Assembly: GCA_964016885.1 (NCBI GenBank)
Contig: OZ024741.1
Location: 200,074,001-200,138,000, forward strand
Length of the DNA: 64,000 nucleotides
Direction of reading: 5' to 3'
Origin: Eledone cirrhosa
Taxonomy: Eukaryota
Shown here: positions 25,401-38,121 of the stretch, piece after piece
How the letters are laid out: each line of letters opens with the position of its first letter
Numbering within the stretch: position 1 is the first letter of the stretch
Program-made: the position numbers and the translations under genes
Notes under the pieces: model-generated
What the model saw: only the letters and a program-made list of their open reading frames with translations
The model's database searches: none
Told to the model about the DNA's origin: nothing

Positions 25401-25893
25401 TTCCAATAAATGTAAAAATGAGGAATCTGCAGCAGTGATGATATCATACTTATTGTTCTTCATTATAGCAACAACATTATGTAAGAAACTACACAGTCAT
25501 ATAACAGTAGAAATAAACACACACAATGCTTCAGTGAAATCATTGGAAATAATTGTAATTTCTTGACCTTCAAACCTTTCGTTCTGTGCTTTATTAGTTT
25601 AGAAATAACATTTCTCAACTATTTTTGATTGAAGACTGTTTACAACTTGACCTTTTGATCAAACTAGAGAAACTCCATGAGAAAAGGGGATAAAGAGAGT
25701 CATAATTAGATTGAATCAAATTCCAATAAAATAATCTGTTTATTTTTTTTGTGATGGAAATTTCAGAATTCATTTCAGTGATAAACACAAATCAAGATGG
25801 TAGCAGTTGTAATAGATAGACATTTTGTTTTTATTCTTTACCATGTTTCAACAATAGGATCCTACTGAGAAAATGGGGCTTGCTATCCTAATT

Positions 25894-25894
<1 letters not shown>

Positions 25895-25943
<49 letters not shown>

Positions 25944-26078
25944 TTATTATTAATACCACCACCACCACCACCACCACCACTACTACTACTACTACTACTG
26001 CTACTACTACTACTACTACCACCATTAACACCACCTCAAAACACCACCACCACCACCACCACCACCACCACCACCACC

Positions 26079-26167
<89 letters not shown>

Positions 26168-26205
26168 CACCACCATCAGCAGGAGCAGCAGCAACAGCAG
26201 CAGCA
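25895..26205. repeat. Compound (ACT)n/(ACC)n/(AGC)n microsatellite
   Basis: Directly visible. Confidence 0.95.
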
Positions 26206-26269
26206 AAGGAAAAGCCATGCTGTAATCATTGCCTGGAAGGCAGAGCATAATGATTTCGAAATTGCTCAT

Positions 26270-26585
26270 TTTCTATTGATATGAACGACAAAAAGTCAAT
26301 TAGTGCCCTTGCTAAGGAGCTCAAGGTTTCAAGGCACGCTATCAGAAGAATTTTGCATGAAGACCTTCAATACAAGTCATATGTGATGCAGAGAAGCCTA
26401 TTCATATCTGCAAATACAAATGATAACCATCTGATCCACACAAAGTGCTTGTTGAGCAAGTTGAAAAAACTTTGATCAGGATTAAAAAGTCAACCGAAGG
26501 AATGACAGATGGTTATACAGAGACTCTAAAGACATTCCAATGGTCAAGAACACACAGTTTCTGGCAACTGTGATGGTTCTCATAC
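26270..26585 (+). mobile_element. Tc1/mariner transposase remnant
   Basis: SISALAKELKVSRHAIRRILHEDLQYKSY...; KVNRRNDRW...TVMV. Confidence 0.7.
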
Positions 26586-27501
26586 GTAAATAACGCCTCA
26601 TTTGTAATTGACGCAACAATTTCTGGTGGTGGTGGCCACAACAAAAAGCACAGTTATCATATGGGTTTTGGGGTAGCCATAGTCTGAGATTTGACACGTT
26701 ACAGACACTTCATCTAGTTCATACGATTCATATTTGGCATGTCTTCCATGGTTGGATGCCCTTTCTAAAACTAACTCGCAGGCTGCACCATGTGCATTTT
26801 ACTGTAGCATCAGTATTATCACATTACAAAGTGTACTGGGAGCATTTTAACTCTGCACCAACATGAACACTTTACAGTACTAAAGAAGATATCTTATGTA
26901 CAGCCAAATTGAAGACTCCTCTCTAGCCTGTATTGTCTGTTTGATTGCCAACCACTCTAGACAGTAATAGAAATATATAAATTTCCATTATATTACAAAG
27001 AATAACTTGTGTTCAAGTGGCTTATTGTCTCACATTAAAAAAAAAATTCTGCATTATTTCCTTCCCTTTACAGAGTGTACTGGGTACATTCTGTTATCAT
27101 ATCAACCTTGTCTTGTGTATGTGTGTGCTTTATGTATATACATGCATACATACATACACACACACACACATATATATATTGGAAAATGTGTGAAATCCTT
27201 GGTACAGTTAGGTATATTTGAAAAAAGGAAAAGAATGACTTCACTTGTAGTTCTAAACAATTTGATTTAATTATATATTATAATATTATGAGTTGGTAGA
27301 TCTAGTAAGTTCTTTGTTAACTTCAGTGGGAAGATTTTTAAAGATTCCTGGTTAACTTTCCTGGAGAACTTTCTCGCATTCGTCGGTGGCGATTGTCAAA
27401 CTGAGATCAGGTTGTGTTGTGATGTATGACTCTATATATAAGAGAGATTTAGATGTGTCTGGGGGTGGGGTAGGGTGTTAATGAGTGGGGAGTGAAGGAG
27501 T

Positions 27502-28675
27502 CATCATCATCATCATCAACGTTTAACGTCCGTGTTCCACGCTTGCATGGGTTTGGACGGGGGTAGTCCCACTTGAGGCAAGAGTGATTGTCTTGCTCGC
27601 ATAGGACTGTCTGGCAGGTTTTCTACAGTTGGATGCCCTTCCTAACACCAACCACATTTACAGTGTGGGTCTGGGAGGTTTTTACCGTGTTGCCTACACG
27701 GCCACATTACAGCGTGGACTGTGTGTTTTTTTGTCGTGACACCTACACGATCTCATTTGTTTCGGCCTCGATGGCGCGGCACCAACATAACTTTACATAG
27801 AACGGGGTGGTGTGGATGGGGTGGGGGCGGGGGTGGTGGGACGGGGTGTATTTTGTTAGAGATGCCTACTGGCTGGAGTAGGTTTTACTATATATTTAGG
27901 TAAGGCGGGTCTTCTCTGTTACTGAGTACCGCCAAAGGTCTCGGTCCAGTGACATTGTCTTGGAGAGGTGTAAGTGTGTGATGTCGGAGTTTATCAGCTC
28001 GTCCCAGGTTTTTCTAGGTCTGCCTATTCCGTGACTACCGTCTATCTTTATTGCCCTGCACTTTGTTATACAGCTATCGACTTTCATGCGCATCACGTGT
28101 CCATACCAACGTAGCCTTCTCTCGAGTAAACAACATCTGATCCCTCTTATCTCTAATTTTTTCCTTAGTTCGTTTATGCTTTGCCGTTCACGTATATTAC
28201 TGTTACACATCCAGCAGAGCATGCAAGCTTCGTTCCTCTCTAGTCTGCGTATATCCTCTGCACACAATGCCCAGGTCTCACTGCCATGCAGCATTGCTGT
28301 TCGTATGCAGGCATCGTACAACCTGCCTTTCATTTTTAGTGAGAACCCTTTAGCAGCTAATAGTGGTATAAGCTCTCTGAACTTTTTCCAACCAGTTCTG
28401 ACTCTAGCTACAGTACTTTCAGAGCACCCTCCCCCACTGCTGATTTTATCGCCCAGGTAACGGAAGCTGTCCACTATTTCTATAGAACCCTCTGCGCAAT
28501 TGAAAGAGCTAGTAGTTTGTGGGCACTTGCTGCTACTTATTGCACCAGAGCACCGGCCACATGTAAAATCTATGTTCTTAGTTAGCTTACCTGTGATCCC
28601 ACTACATCTTTTATGCACCCATACTTTGCATTTAGGACATAAAATGGAGTTTCTACCTACGCCTTTCCTACACGT
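27502..28675 (-). mobile_element. RTE LINE, 5'-truncated (same family as 6421-7620)
   Basis: Near-identical translation, including zinc finger CPKCKVWVHKRC. Confidence 0.85.
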
Positions 28676-28849
28676 TGATGAAAATTTAAAGGAATTAAAG
28701 CATACACATATGTACATATATACACAGAAAATGGGGAATGGTAACAGCAAGATAATTGATTGGGAGTGGTGTTGTTTTTTTTTTAAATAGTGTTTAAGAA
28801 AGGAGCTGTAAAAGTGTCCTCCTGTTGGTTCCATTATCTTGATCAATTA

Positions 28850-29410
28850 TCTTGAGTGGTTGCTGTATCTTTTGTTAATTGAGGTCTTGTTTAAGAGTTG
28901 CCACAAGCTGGGTAGTTTCACGTTGTCAAAAGCTTTTGTGAAATCAATGAAGGTGATGTGCACAGGGTTTCCTATCATTTGAAGGTTAATATCTTTCATA
29001 CTTACATCCTACCAGTTGTGTTATATGGTCTTGACTGTGTTAATTGGACGACAAGGTCACTTCAGAAGCTTTCTATATTCCAGAACCACATCATGAGACT
29101 TATGACTGGCAAGCGGCTCAGGAGCCGTATCTGTATCAGTGAGCTGCTCAACATTACCAAACTTAGACCAATTACATTAATTGTCAAGTCAAGAGTTCTC
29201 AAACTCATATAAAAAGATCAACTCGTGGTGTGAGTAGGTTATGCCTGGAGAAAGGTTGGCTGGTAAGAGAAGCAGAGGCTGGCAGCCAAAACAATGGCTT
29301 TACAATGTCAACTTATGGACTGGACTTGATCTTTGCTCTTTGAACTCTGCTGCTGGTGAGAGATATCACATGTTGATGCACAGTCTGCAACTGGTGGAGT
29401 TTAGCGTCAC
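28850..29410. mobile_element. RTE-like LINE remnant with inverted 5' part
   Basis: Minus 28860-28960 ITFIDFTKAFDNV; plus 28960-29330 ILPVVLYGLDC..GKRSRG. Confidence 0.6.
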
Positions 29411-29433
29411 AAGAAGAATATATATATATATAT

Positions 29434-29504
<71 letters not shown>

Positions 29505-29507
<3 letters not shown>

Positions 29508-30025
29508 TAACTGAACAAAAAAGAAAAACAAACACAGACATATACATATATGTGTTCAAATCGTAATGGACCAGATTCGCTAAGGTGAAAAGAATACTAA
29601 CTACAGACAATAGGGTTTGCTAGACTCAATTTAAGAATAAATCAAGAAAAATAAATACAAACCAGAATTGTGGTAACTACCGATCACCCAGACAGTTTTG
29701 ATAATACTGTTTCGCAATATTATTTGTGAAGAGGAATACCAAAATCCTAGCTCATCAGCGGGTGAAGAATTATTAGTATCCTGGTCACTTCTAAATATAA
29801 TAAAAAACTGGATAGTGTGCGTATATGTAACGCACATGGTTCCAGAACTTAGTGTGTCTCACAAACTCACGCCACTAAAAATAGCAGCCGGGTTTACTCG
29901 ACATTTGAATTAGCTTGACGAATTAATGGACCCGAATATATACTATATGGCTCGGAAAAAGCTCTTTCCTAGAGCTAACTTACTGTAATGAGACTATTTT
30001 GAGTTTCTAACTCAATACATGCCTT

Positions 30026-30028
<3 letters not shown>
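29505..30028 (-). mobile_element. ORF-less (TA)n-flanked element carrying a complete hammerhead
   Basis: HHR 29684-29766. Confidence 0.6.
29684..29766 (-). ncRNA. Canonical type-I hammerhead (intact core, GUC cleavage site)
   Basis: tcacccg CTGATGA gc..gc GAAACAGT attatcaaa ACTGTC tgggtga. Confidence 0.8.
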
Positions 30029-30100
<72 letters not shown>

Positions 30101-31119
30101 AAGATTTAGATGTGTAAAATCCTGACCACAGTGCCAAGCAGTTATCACTTGTGTGTTCAGGAAGCCTTTTCATGGGCATAATAATATCTGTAGGGTATGA
30201 AAAAATATGTCACTGATTTGATAGTGCTTTGGTTGAGTTTATCAAAGAAGTAAACTGGTCAGATTGAGGAGGTTTGGGGACAGACAGTGGTAAGTATATT
30301 TAGATAGGCACAGGGTCAGAAGGAAGGAGTGGATAGGAGTGGATAGAAGTGGATAGGATTGGATATAAGGGGAATAATGTCTTAGAAATAGAGGGTGGAG
30401 GGTGGTGTTATTTATAGATGGGGTTTATAGCCTGAAAGGGTATTTTTTAAATGAAGAGTTAATAGTAAAAAGTGGGTTATTTGGAAGTAAATTAGCAGAA
30501 GATTAAATAAAGTAGTGAATAGGAACAAATAAGATCAGGTAGAATATAGGGGTTTAAAAATAGGTAGAGTGGATTATATAGTGGTGAAGTGTATGTACTA
30601 TGAGTATGCATACTGCACACATAGAAGCGTGCAAAACAGTATACCAGGAAGTTATAGAAGGCTTTGCATGAAAATACATGAATAAAATATTACTTTAATG
30701 GAAGGAGTGGAGTAAAGTAAGAAATTAGATAGCAAATAAATGAGTAGATTGAGAGTGGACAAGGTATATACAAACAGGCACAGGTGCATTCATGTATGCA
30801 CATACATACCTGTGCACATAAAAGCATGCACCCATCCACATGGGTGGTACAAGGTGTGGGTGAGAGAGTAGGGTGTGGGCCTGGGATCTCTACAGGTGGT
30901 TCTTGGGGGAAATGTGGGTGTTTGCAGGTGCATAGAGTGGGGATTAGTCCAGGTACATGTTGCTGTGCAGGCATGAATGCTGAGTGATTTGAGTGTCCGC
31001 ACTTGGTAGGTGTGGGTCACTAGCCTCCTGGGTCATTTGTTAGTTTGATGTATAGGTATGATTTTTGTGGTGCATACATTTAGTGACTGGTTCAGTTTTT
31101 TTATTTCATAGTGTCTCCT

Positions 31120-32569
31120 TGTCAAGCAATATGCAAAGTGCTTTAGCCAAGCACAAATTACTAGCCTGCCCCCTCCTCAAATCCACATCAACTCTACCGA
31201 CTAACCCACTACTGGCTGAATTTGAAGAAGAACTCTTCTCTCTGATCAAGAATATTAAATTCAAAAGTAACTGTAACAAGTTCCAGAGGAAACTCAGACA
31301 ATTCATCTACAACAGCCTCACTTCTAATTATAGAAAGACAAACCACTCAACCATCAACACAATCAATAAACCGGACCAGCAAATTACCTTGGACCTCCTA
31401 ATCCAAGACCGTACAGACCCCCTGAATCCACAGGAACCACACTTTACCCTGAAGGACCATAGGCGTGACTTCAATAGCAACCCAAATATACGTCTAATCA
31501 ACCCCACCAAATCGTACATGGAGAGGATTAGGAAGCAACTGCTCAACCACCTTATACCTCAGATTGGTATCAAAGAGAGGACTAAGTTCCTCCAGTTTGA
31601 TATTGATAATTATTACACGTCAATCACCCTCCCTATTCTGAAGACAGCCCTTGACATCACCAATATTTACACTACAATACAGGAATCTATGTATGATATT
31701 ATACTTCATGCTTTCCACTCACTCACTTTGGGCCAAGCAGTCACCCAACTCCCACTTTGATATGAGCATGGGGGCTAGAGACTTGCTGGAGGTCACTGAC
31801 CTGTATTGTCTAAATTAAAAGATCGCTTCCCACAGTTTGGAGAGAGAGCCTGTATCTCAACGATAGCCTTGTCACCCTCTACAACATTAACCACTGTGTA
31901 ACCAACTGAACCAGGAAGGATCTTCTGGACTTCTTCACTGACCTAGGACTCTAGATTACCATTCAGTACCACCTGAGCTCAGTAGACTTCCCTGACGTTA
32001 CACTGAACCTTGAAGCTGGATTATACTACCTGTATAGGAAGACCAACAAGACACTCCAATATATCAACAAGAACTCCAACCACCTCCGTTCCATAACCAA
32101 TAATTTGATTAAAAACAAATGTACATTTATATTATCCATAAACCTATTGCTTAGCACATCAATAATTAATTTATTGACCTTGCTGCTAGCAAAGTGCAAT
32201 TTATGCAAATTGTATTTTCTTGTTTCATTCCTCATAGCAAAACCACCAATCAAAACAACAAAAACTGATCACTATGTGACTGCGAACCACTACAGACATC
32301 TCTATGATTTATATGTTCATTCTGTCATACAACAGCAGAGGTCTGACGAGCTTTTGATTCCAGAGTCGAGCCAGATCTATACAGATCGAACTTTGAGCTG
32401 ATCAATAGTGAAGCGCGCGTTGCTACTCAATAAACGCAATGAAGGCTTAACAATTCATCCTTTTACTATTATATTTACACTCTGTTTAGTTCTACACCTT
32501 GTTACAGACTGGAAACTACGCATCGAGTGCTCACTTGAGTGAACTTACAGTAACAGCACATTACACTCC

Positions 32570-32570
<1 letters not shown>
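31120..32570 (+). mobile_element. Degenerate PLE RT remnant followed by a pseudo-LTR-like segment with long-stem-II HHR (32339-32424)
   Basis: RLINPTKS, FLQFDIDNYYTSI, VDFPDVTLNL, YINKNSNH; CTGACGA gct..agt GAAGC GCGC GTT, AATAAA. Confidence 0.75.
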
Positions 32571-32636
<66 letters not shown>

Positions 32637-32649
32637 TAAATATATATTT

Positions 32650-33272
32650 ACATCATCATCATCATCATCATCATCATCGTTTAACGTCCATGTTCCACGC
32701 TTGCATGGGTTTGGATGGGGGTTTTCCCACTTGAGGCAAGAGTGGTTGTCTTGCTCGCATAGGACTGTCTGGCGGGTTTTCTACAGCTGGATGCCCTTCC
32801 TAACACCAACCACATTTACAGTGTGGGGCTGGGAGGTTTTTACCGTGTTGCCTACACGGCCACATTACAGCGTGGACTGTCTGGCGGGTTTTCTACAGCT
32901 GGATGCCCTTCCTAACACCAACCACATTTACAGTGTGGGGCTGGGAGGTTTTTACCGTGTTGCCTACACGGCCACATTACAGCGTGGACTGTCTGGCGTG
33001 TTTTCTACAGCTGGATGCCCTTCCTAACACCAACCACATTTACAGTGTGGGACTGGGAGGTTTTTACTGTGTTGCCTACACGGCCACATTACAGCGTGGA
33101 CTGTGTGTTTTTTTGTCGTGACACCTACACGATCTCATTTGTTTCGGCCTGGATGTTGTGGCACCAACATAACTTTACATTGAAAGGGGCGGTGTGGATG
33201 AGGTGGGGGTGGTGGGACGGGGGTGTATTTTGTTAGAGATGCCTACTGACTGTAGTAGGTTTTACTTTGTAT
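32650..33272 (-). mobile_element. RTE 3' UTR only, three ~111-bp repeats
   Basis: Matches 6421-6925. Confidence 0.85.
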
Positions 33273-33808
33273 TTTACTTTGTATTTACATACATATACAT
33301 ATGTGTGTGTATGTGTGTATGTGTGTATGTGTGTATGTGTATTTATATATATGAATTATTGATGCTCTAAGCAGAGAGTATCTGGATAGTATAAATGTAT
33401 TATAGAATATATCTAATGTACTTGTATAAGACTTAGCTGACACTGCATGTTTAATTTATATTATCAATGCAATATACATTTATATTATCCATAAACCTAT
33501 TGCTTAGCACATCAATAATTAATGTATTGACCTTGCTGCTAGCAAAGTGCAATTTATGAAAATTGGATTTTCTTTTTCATGAAGTACTTAATAGCAACAC
33601 AAGTGTTAGGGTCATCTTCTATACTAAAACATAGCTTAGCCTTTAGGCCTTGTGAAAAGCTTCATACCCATAATGAGGTCCTTTTTGAGGCAATATTTCA
33701 TTGTCAGATGTGCTTCCTGGTATCAACTCTTTTAATCACCTTCTAAGATACAGAGGGATATGGTCTATCTAATCTTAACCTTATACATACAACATACATA
33801 ATATTTAA

Positions 33809-33884
<76 letters not shown>

Positions 33885-33890
<6 letters not shown>

Positions 33891-34140
33891 CGTAAAATAA
33901 GAAAATCTTTTAAAAAACTTTTTTCAAAAAATTTTTACTTACTTAAATTTAGAGCGAAAATTTAAGTAAGTAAAAATTTTTTGAAAAAATTTTTTAAAAA
34001 GATTTTCTTATTTTACGTCTTTTATATTATTGTTCTGCATCCTCCTGCATTGAACCACCTAGGTACTATGACATAACCTGTGTATTTGCTGGCATAGGCG
34101 TGCATCTGTGCGTTTATGTTAGTTGATATATTAAATTATC
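33885..34140 (+). mobile_element. Hairpin element (arms 33885-33950 / 33958-34023) plus ~115-nt tail
   Basis: Near-perfect inverted repeat between (TA)n tracts. Confidence 0.75.
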
Positions 34141-34167
<27 letters not shown>

Positions 34168-34171
<4 letters not shown>

Positions 34172-34769
34172 AGTGTAATTTTCTACACAAAACGAAGGTT
34201 ATAGAGAAAATTGAGGTTGGTTATGGCACATGGAATATATAAGAGACAGAATACTTTTTTGTGAAAAAACATAATTTTATAAGGTAAGGAAATAATAAAG
34301 GGTATAAAAAATGACCGGTTTCGATGGGTCTGCAAAAGCCATCTTTTCAAATGTTGATTAATATTAAGAAAAATTAATAATACGAAGAGTTAAAATTTGA
34401 GACTTGAAAATTCAAGTATAAAATTCATTGTGGGATTTCATAGCAGTTTTCATCTAGGTAGCAACAACAGGTTGACTGCTGTGTCCCTTTCTGGTAGTGA
34501 ATGAGAAGTTATTTGCTACCTAGATGAAAACTGCTATGAAATCCCACAATGAATTTTATACTTGAATTTTCAAGTCTCAAATTTTAACTCTTCGTATTAT
34601 TAATTTTTCTTAATATTAATCAACATTTGAAAAGATGGCTTTTGCAGACCCATCGAAACCGGTCATTTTTTATACCCTTTATTATTTCCTTACCTTATAA
34701 AATTATGTTTTTTCACAAAAAAGTATTCTGTCTCTTATATATTCCATGTGCCATAACCAACCTCAATTT

Positions 34770-34775
<6 letters not shown>
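34168..34775 (+). mobile_element. Hairpin element (~262-bp arms 34203-34464 / 34513-34774, ~35-nt tail) with U3-A8 HHR
   Basis: TTGAAAA gatgg..ccatc GAAAC CG GTC at 34627-34664 and mirror copy. Confidence 0.85.
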
Positions 34776-34813
<38 letters not shown>

Positions 34814-34844
34814 TGTATATACACACACACACACACACATATAT

Positions 34845-35097
34845 AATTATAAAGTGAAATGACAAGGCAGCCAAATATGTTTAATTTCCTTAATTTTTAT
34901 TACTGTAAACAGTATGCACATTTCAGTGGCCAGGCTGCATAAGAACCTGGTGACCTCACCAGGTGTAAATTGTGTAATAGATGTATACCAACGGTGTGAT
35001 GGTAAGCTTTAAGGAAATAAGCAAAGAAAAGGTGTGTGCTATGTTTTTGACCCAGAGAAGGACGTAGTAGCATGCTGCCACATTGCTCACCTGCCTA
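34845..35097 (-). mobile_element. HHR element fragment (family of 44575), degenerate core CTGGTGA
   Basis: Homologous to 44575-44822. Confidence 0.6.
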
Positions 35098-35559
35098 TAT
35101 ATATATCTTACAGTAAACATGTTGACTAATCAGGGTTGTGTATGCAACACACCGATCATTGAATAGTGATGTAATTTTATTTAATCACTCAACGTCATGT
35201 TTCTCTTCCAAATAAGATTTGTCAGTTGGTGACAGAGTATATGTAGAATAAGGAAAACATCAAGTTCAGTGTAGATGTTAAAGTGTCCTTTATTAACAAA
35301 GCTGTGATACATATTTCAATGGTGATCATGACTATGTGATTGTTTAATAATGTAGCCAGTCACATGATCTCATCAGACAGCATCATTATGTAATAAGGTT
35401 GTGTTTCCAAGGCAATTCAAACCAAAGATAAAGAGAATGGACAAAAATGATGTTTTCGTAGCTGATGTCCTTGTGAACATTATTTCCTCTCCACAGCTTT
35501 GTAATAAGGCTATGTTTTCGAGGCAATCCAATCAGGGGACCGTGATTCGCTCACTCAAA

Positions 35560-36270
35560 TCTGATTTGGCTTGGTTTCTATAGCTGGATGCCCTTCCTAA
35601 CACCAACTACATTTACAGTGTGGACTGGGTGCTTTTTATCGTGACACCTACACGACCACCTTACATTGCAGACTGGGTGCTGGCTTTTGTCATGACACCT
35701 ACATGACCACTATAATGGGCTGGGCTTTTTTGTTGTGGCTCCAGGGGGGGGGGGGATCACTTTATAGAGGAGGTTGGAAACTTGGGAGCGGTGGAGAAGA
35801 TGTTTTGTGAAATTGGGGATGTAGGTAAAGGGAGGTTTATAGTAGGGAATAGTGTTGCCTACTAGGTATAAGCCTCAGCCTGAGAATAATAGAGGTCTTC
35901 TGTAATACTTCAAAGTGCCAGAAGTCACGGCCCTGTCATTGCCTTAGTGAGGTGTAATTTAGCAAAGTCAGCTCTTATTACCTCCTCCCAAGTCTTCCTA
36001 GGCCTGCCTACTCCATGGCTACCATCAACTTTGAGCACTCTGCACCTTTTTATACATCTATCATCCATCATACATATCACGTGTCCATACCAATGCAATC
36101 TCCTCTCCTGCACACATCTGATTCCTCTTATGCCTAATTTCTCGCGTAGTTCATTTGTGCTTTGCCATTCGCATATATTGCTATTGCACATCCAACGAAG
36201 CATGGAGGCTTCATTTCTTTCCAGTCTATACAGGTCCTCTGCACACAAAGCCCAGGTCTCACTGCTGTGC
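35560..36270 (-). mobile_element. RTE LINE 3' fragment
   Basis: SETWALCAEDL..RLHWYGHV..GRPRKTW. Confidence 0.8.
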
Positions 36271-36289
36271 AATGTAGTTGTTCTTATAC

Positions 36290-37740
36290 ATGCAAAATAT
36301 ATGAAAGAAAATGAAGAAAAGCTACTTCCTGATCAAATAGAAGAGTATGAAGCAGTTATTGACACTATTAGGCAGGAGAAGGGTAGAATATTATTTCTAG
36401 ATGCACCAGGGGGAACTGGAAAGGCATTTGTTACAAAACTACTTTGGGAAAATGTTAGAGAGTAAAGAAGAATTGCCATTGCCGTACATTCCATTCAATT
36501 TCCAAACTTCCATTGGATATGTGGTCTAATGAAAGTCCTGTGTGCAATATAAGCAAGAATGCAGGACTAGCTGAAATTCTCAGAAGATGCCTATTGATAA
36601 TATGGGATGAATGTACAATGTCACACAAGAGAGCTTTTGAAGCTGTTGATAGATCATTGCGAGATATTCAAAATAAAGATTCTCCTATGAGAGGTGTGAC
36701 AGTTGTTCTATCTGGTGATTTTAGACAAACCTTTCAAGTTATTCCAAAGAGAACGAAAGCTGTTGAAATGTGTGTATGTCTAAATCATCGAACCTTTGGC
36801 ACTGCATAAAAGTACTGAAGCTTGAAATAAATATGGGAGCATATCACCATGGTGATAGATTATCCAAACAATTTGCTCAAGACTGGGAAAAGGAAGAGTA
36901 CCTGCAGACAATGAAGGTGCAATAAATCCCTTACCTATTTGCACAATGGTGAAATAAAAAAAAACATCACCAAAATCTTCCCAAATCTTCTCAAATGTAA
37001 CAGTGAATGCAATAAACTTTGACCTCCTAATGTGGCTTCCTGGAAATTGCCAATAATACAGATATATTGATACTGTTGTTGACCAATCAGAAATAGGGAA
37101 TTATCCAATTGAGTTTTTAAACTCATTTGAACCACCAGGTTTACCTCCTCATAAGATTGACTTGAAACTTGGAACACCTATAATGCTAATAAGAAAGTTA
37201 TACCCTCCAAAAATTGTGCAATGGAAAAGACTTATTGTGAACAAAATGATGCCACATGTTATAGAAGCTACTGAACTCTCTGGGTGTGGAGCAGGTGATG
37301 TATTCATTCTAAAAAATATGTTGATACCTATTGATTTACTAATACAATTTAAAAGGGTAGTTTCCAATTAGATAAAGTTTTGCAATGTCCATCAACAAAT
37401 CACAGGGATAGACATTATCAGTAACTGGTTTGCAATTAGAGGAGCCTTGGTTTTCTCATGGACAACTGTATGTTGGATGCTCACATGGTGAAAGTTAAAA
37501 AAATCTTTTCATTTATACTTCATTGGGAAAAACTCATAATGTTGTATATAAAGAAGTTTTATCATAATTTGCTTTTATGTGTTTTCTATTTCAATTTTAT
37601 TATTATTTTTGATCTCACAGAATTTGATATGCCAGTAATGTTAGAATCATTAATCACAATAAGTATTAGAAAATAGATCAAGTTTTGAATGAAATTTCCT
37701 TATTTTCTTCAACTTGAGCAACGCAGAATACTTCTTCTCA
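36290..37740 (+). mobile_element. Helitron RepHel PIF1-type helicase remnant
   Basis: LFLDAPGGTGK, IIWDECTM, GDFRQ, LKLGTPIMLIR, FAMSINKSQG; multiple stops. Confidence 0.85.
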
Positions 37741-38121
37741 TGTATATAACAAAGAGGGTGTGGTAAGATACCAGGTGGACCATAATGCACCAGAGTATTC
37801 AATACTTGGTGTAGTAGAGTGGGTAATATGACACTTTATTTCACATTGCTCCAGTTTACTCAGCTGTAGAAATAAGATGATAGGACTGGGTTCCCTATCA
37901 TTCTACTGCAAAGTGGTCGTGGAGGTGCCACGGCAAAAAAGCACCCAGCCCACACTGTAAAGTGGACGTGTATGCCCCACGGAAAAAAAGCACCCAGCAC
38001 TCACTGTAAATGAGGTTGGTGTTGGGAAGGGCATCCAGCTGTAGAAATCAAGCCAGAATCAGTTCCCGTCCCACCCTTGCAAGCAGGGAAAAGCAGACGT
38101 AAAATGATGATGATATATATA

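Noticed and set aside
27240-27335. HHR-like minus-strand CTGAAGT...GAAC (similar weak cases at 30150, 50440, 55130-55170)
   Set aside because: Several core positions and stems are broken; not distinguishable from chance by eye
36290-37500. Host PIF1 helicase gene
   Set aside because: Intronless, full of stops, Helitron-type motifs and a decayed Helitron-like 3' end
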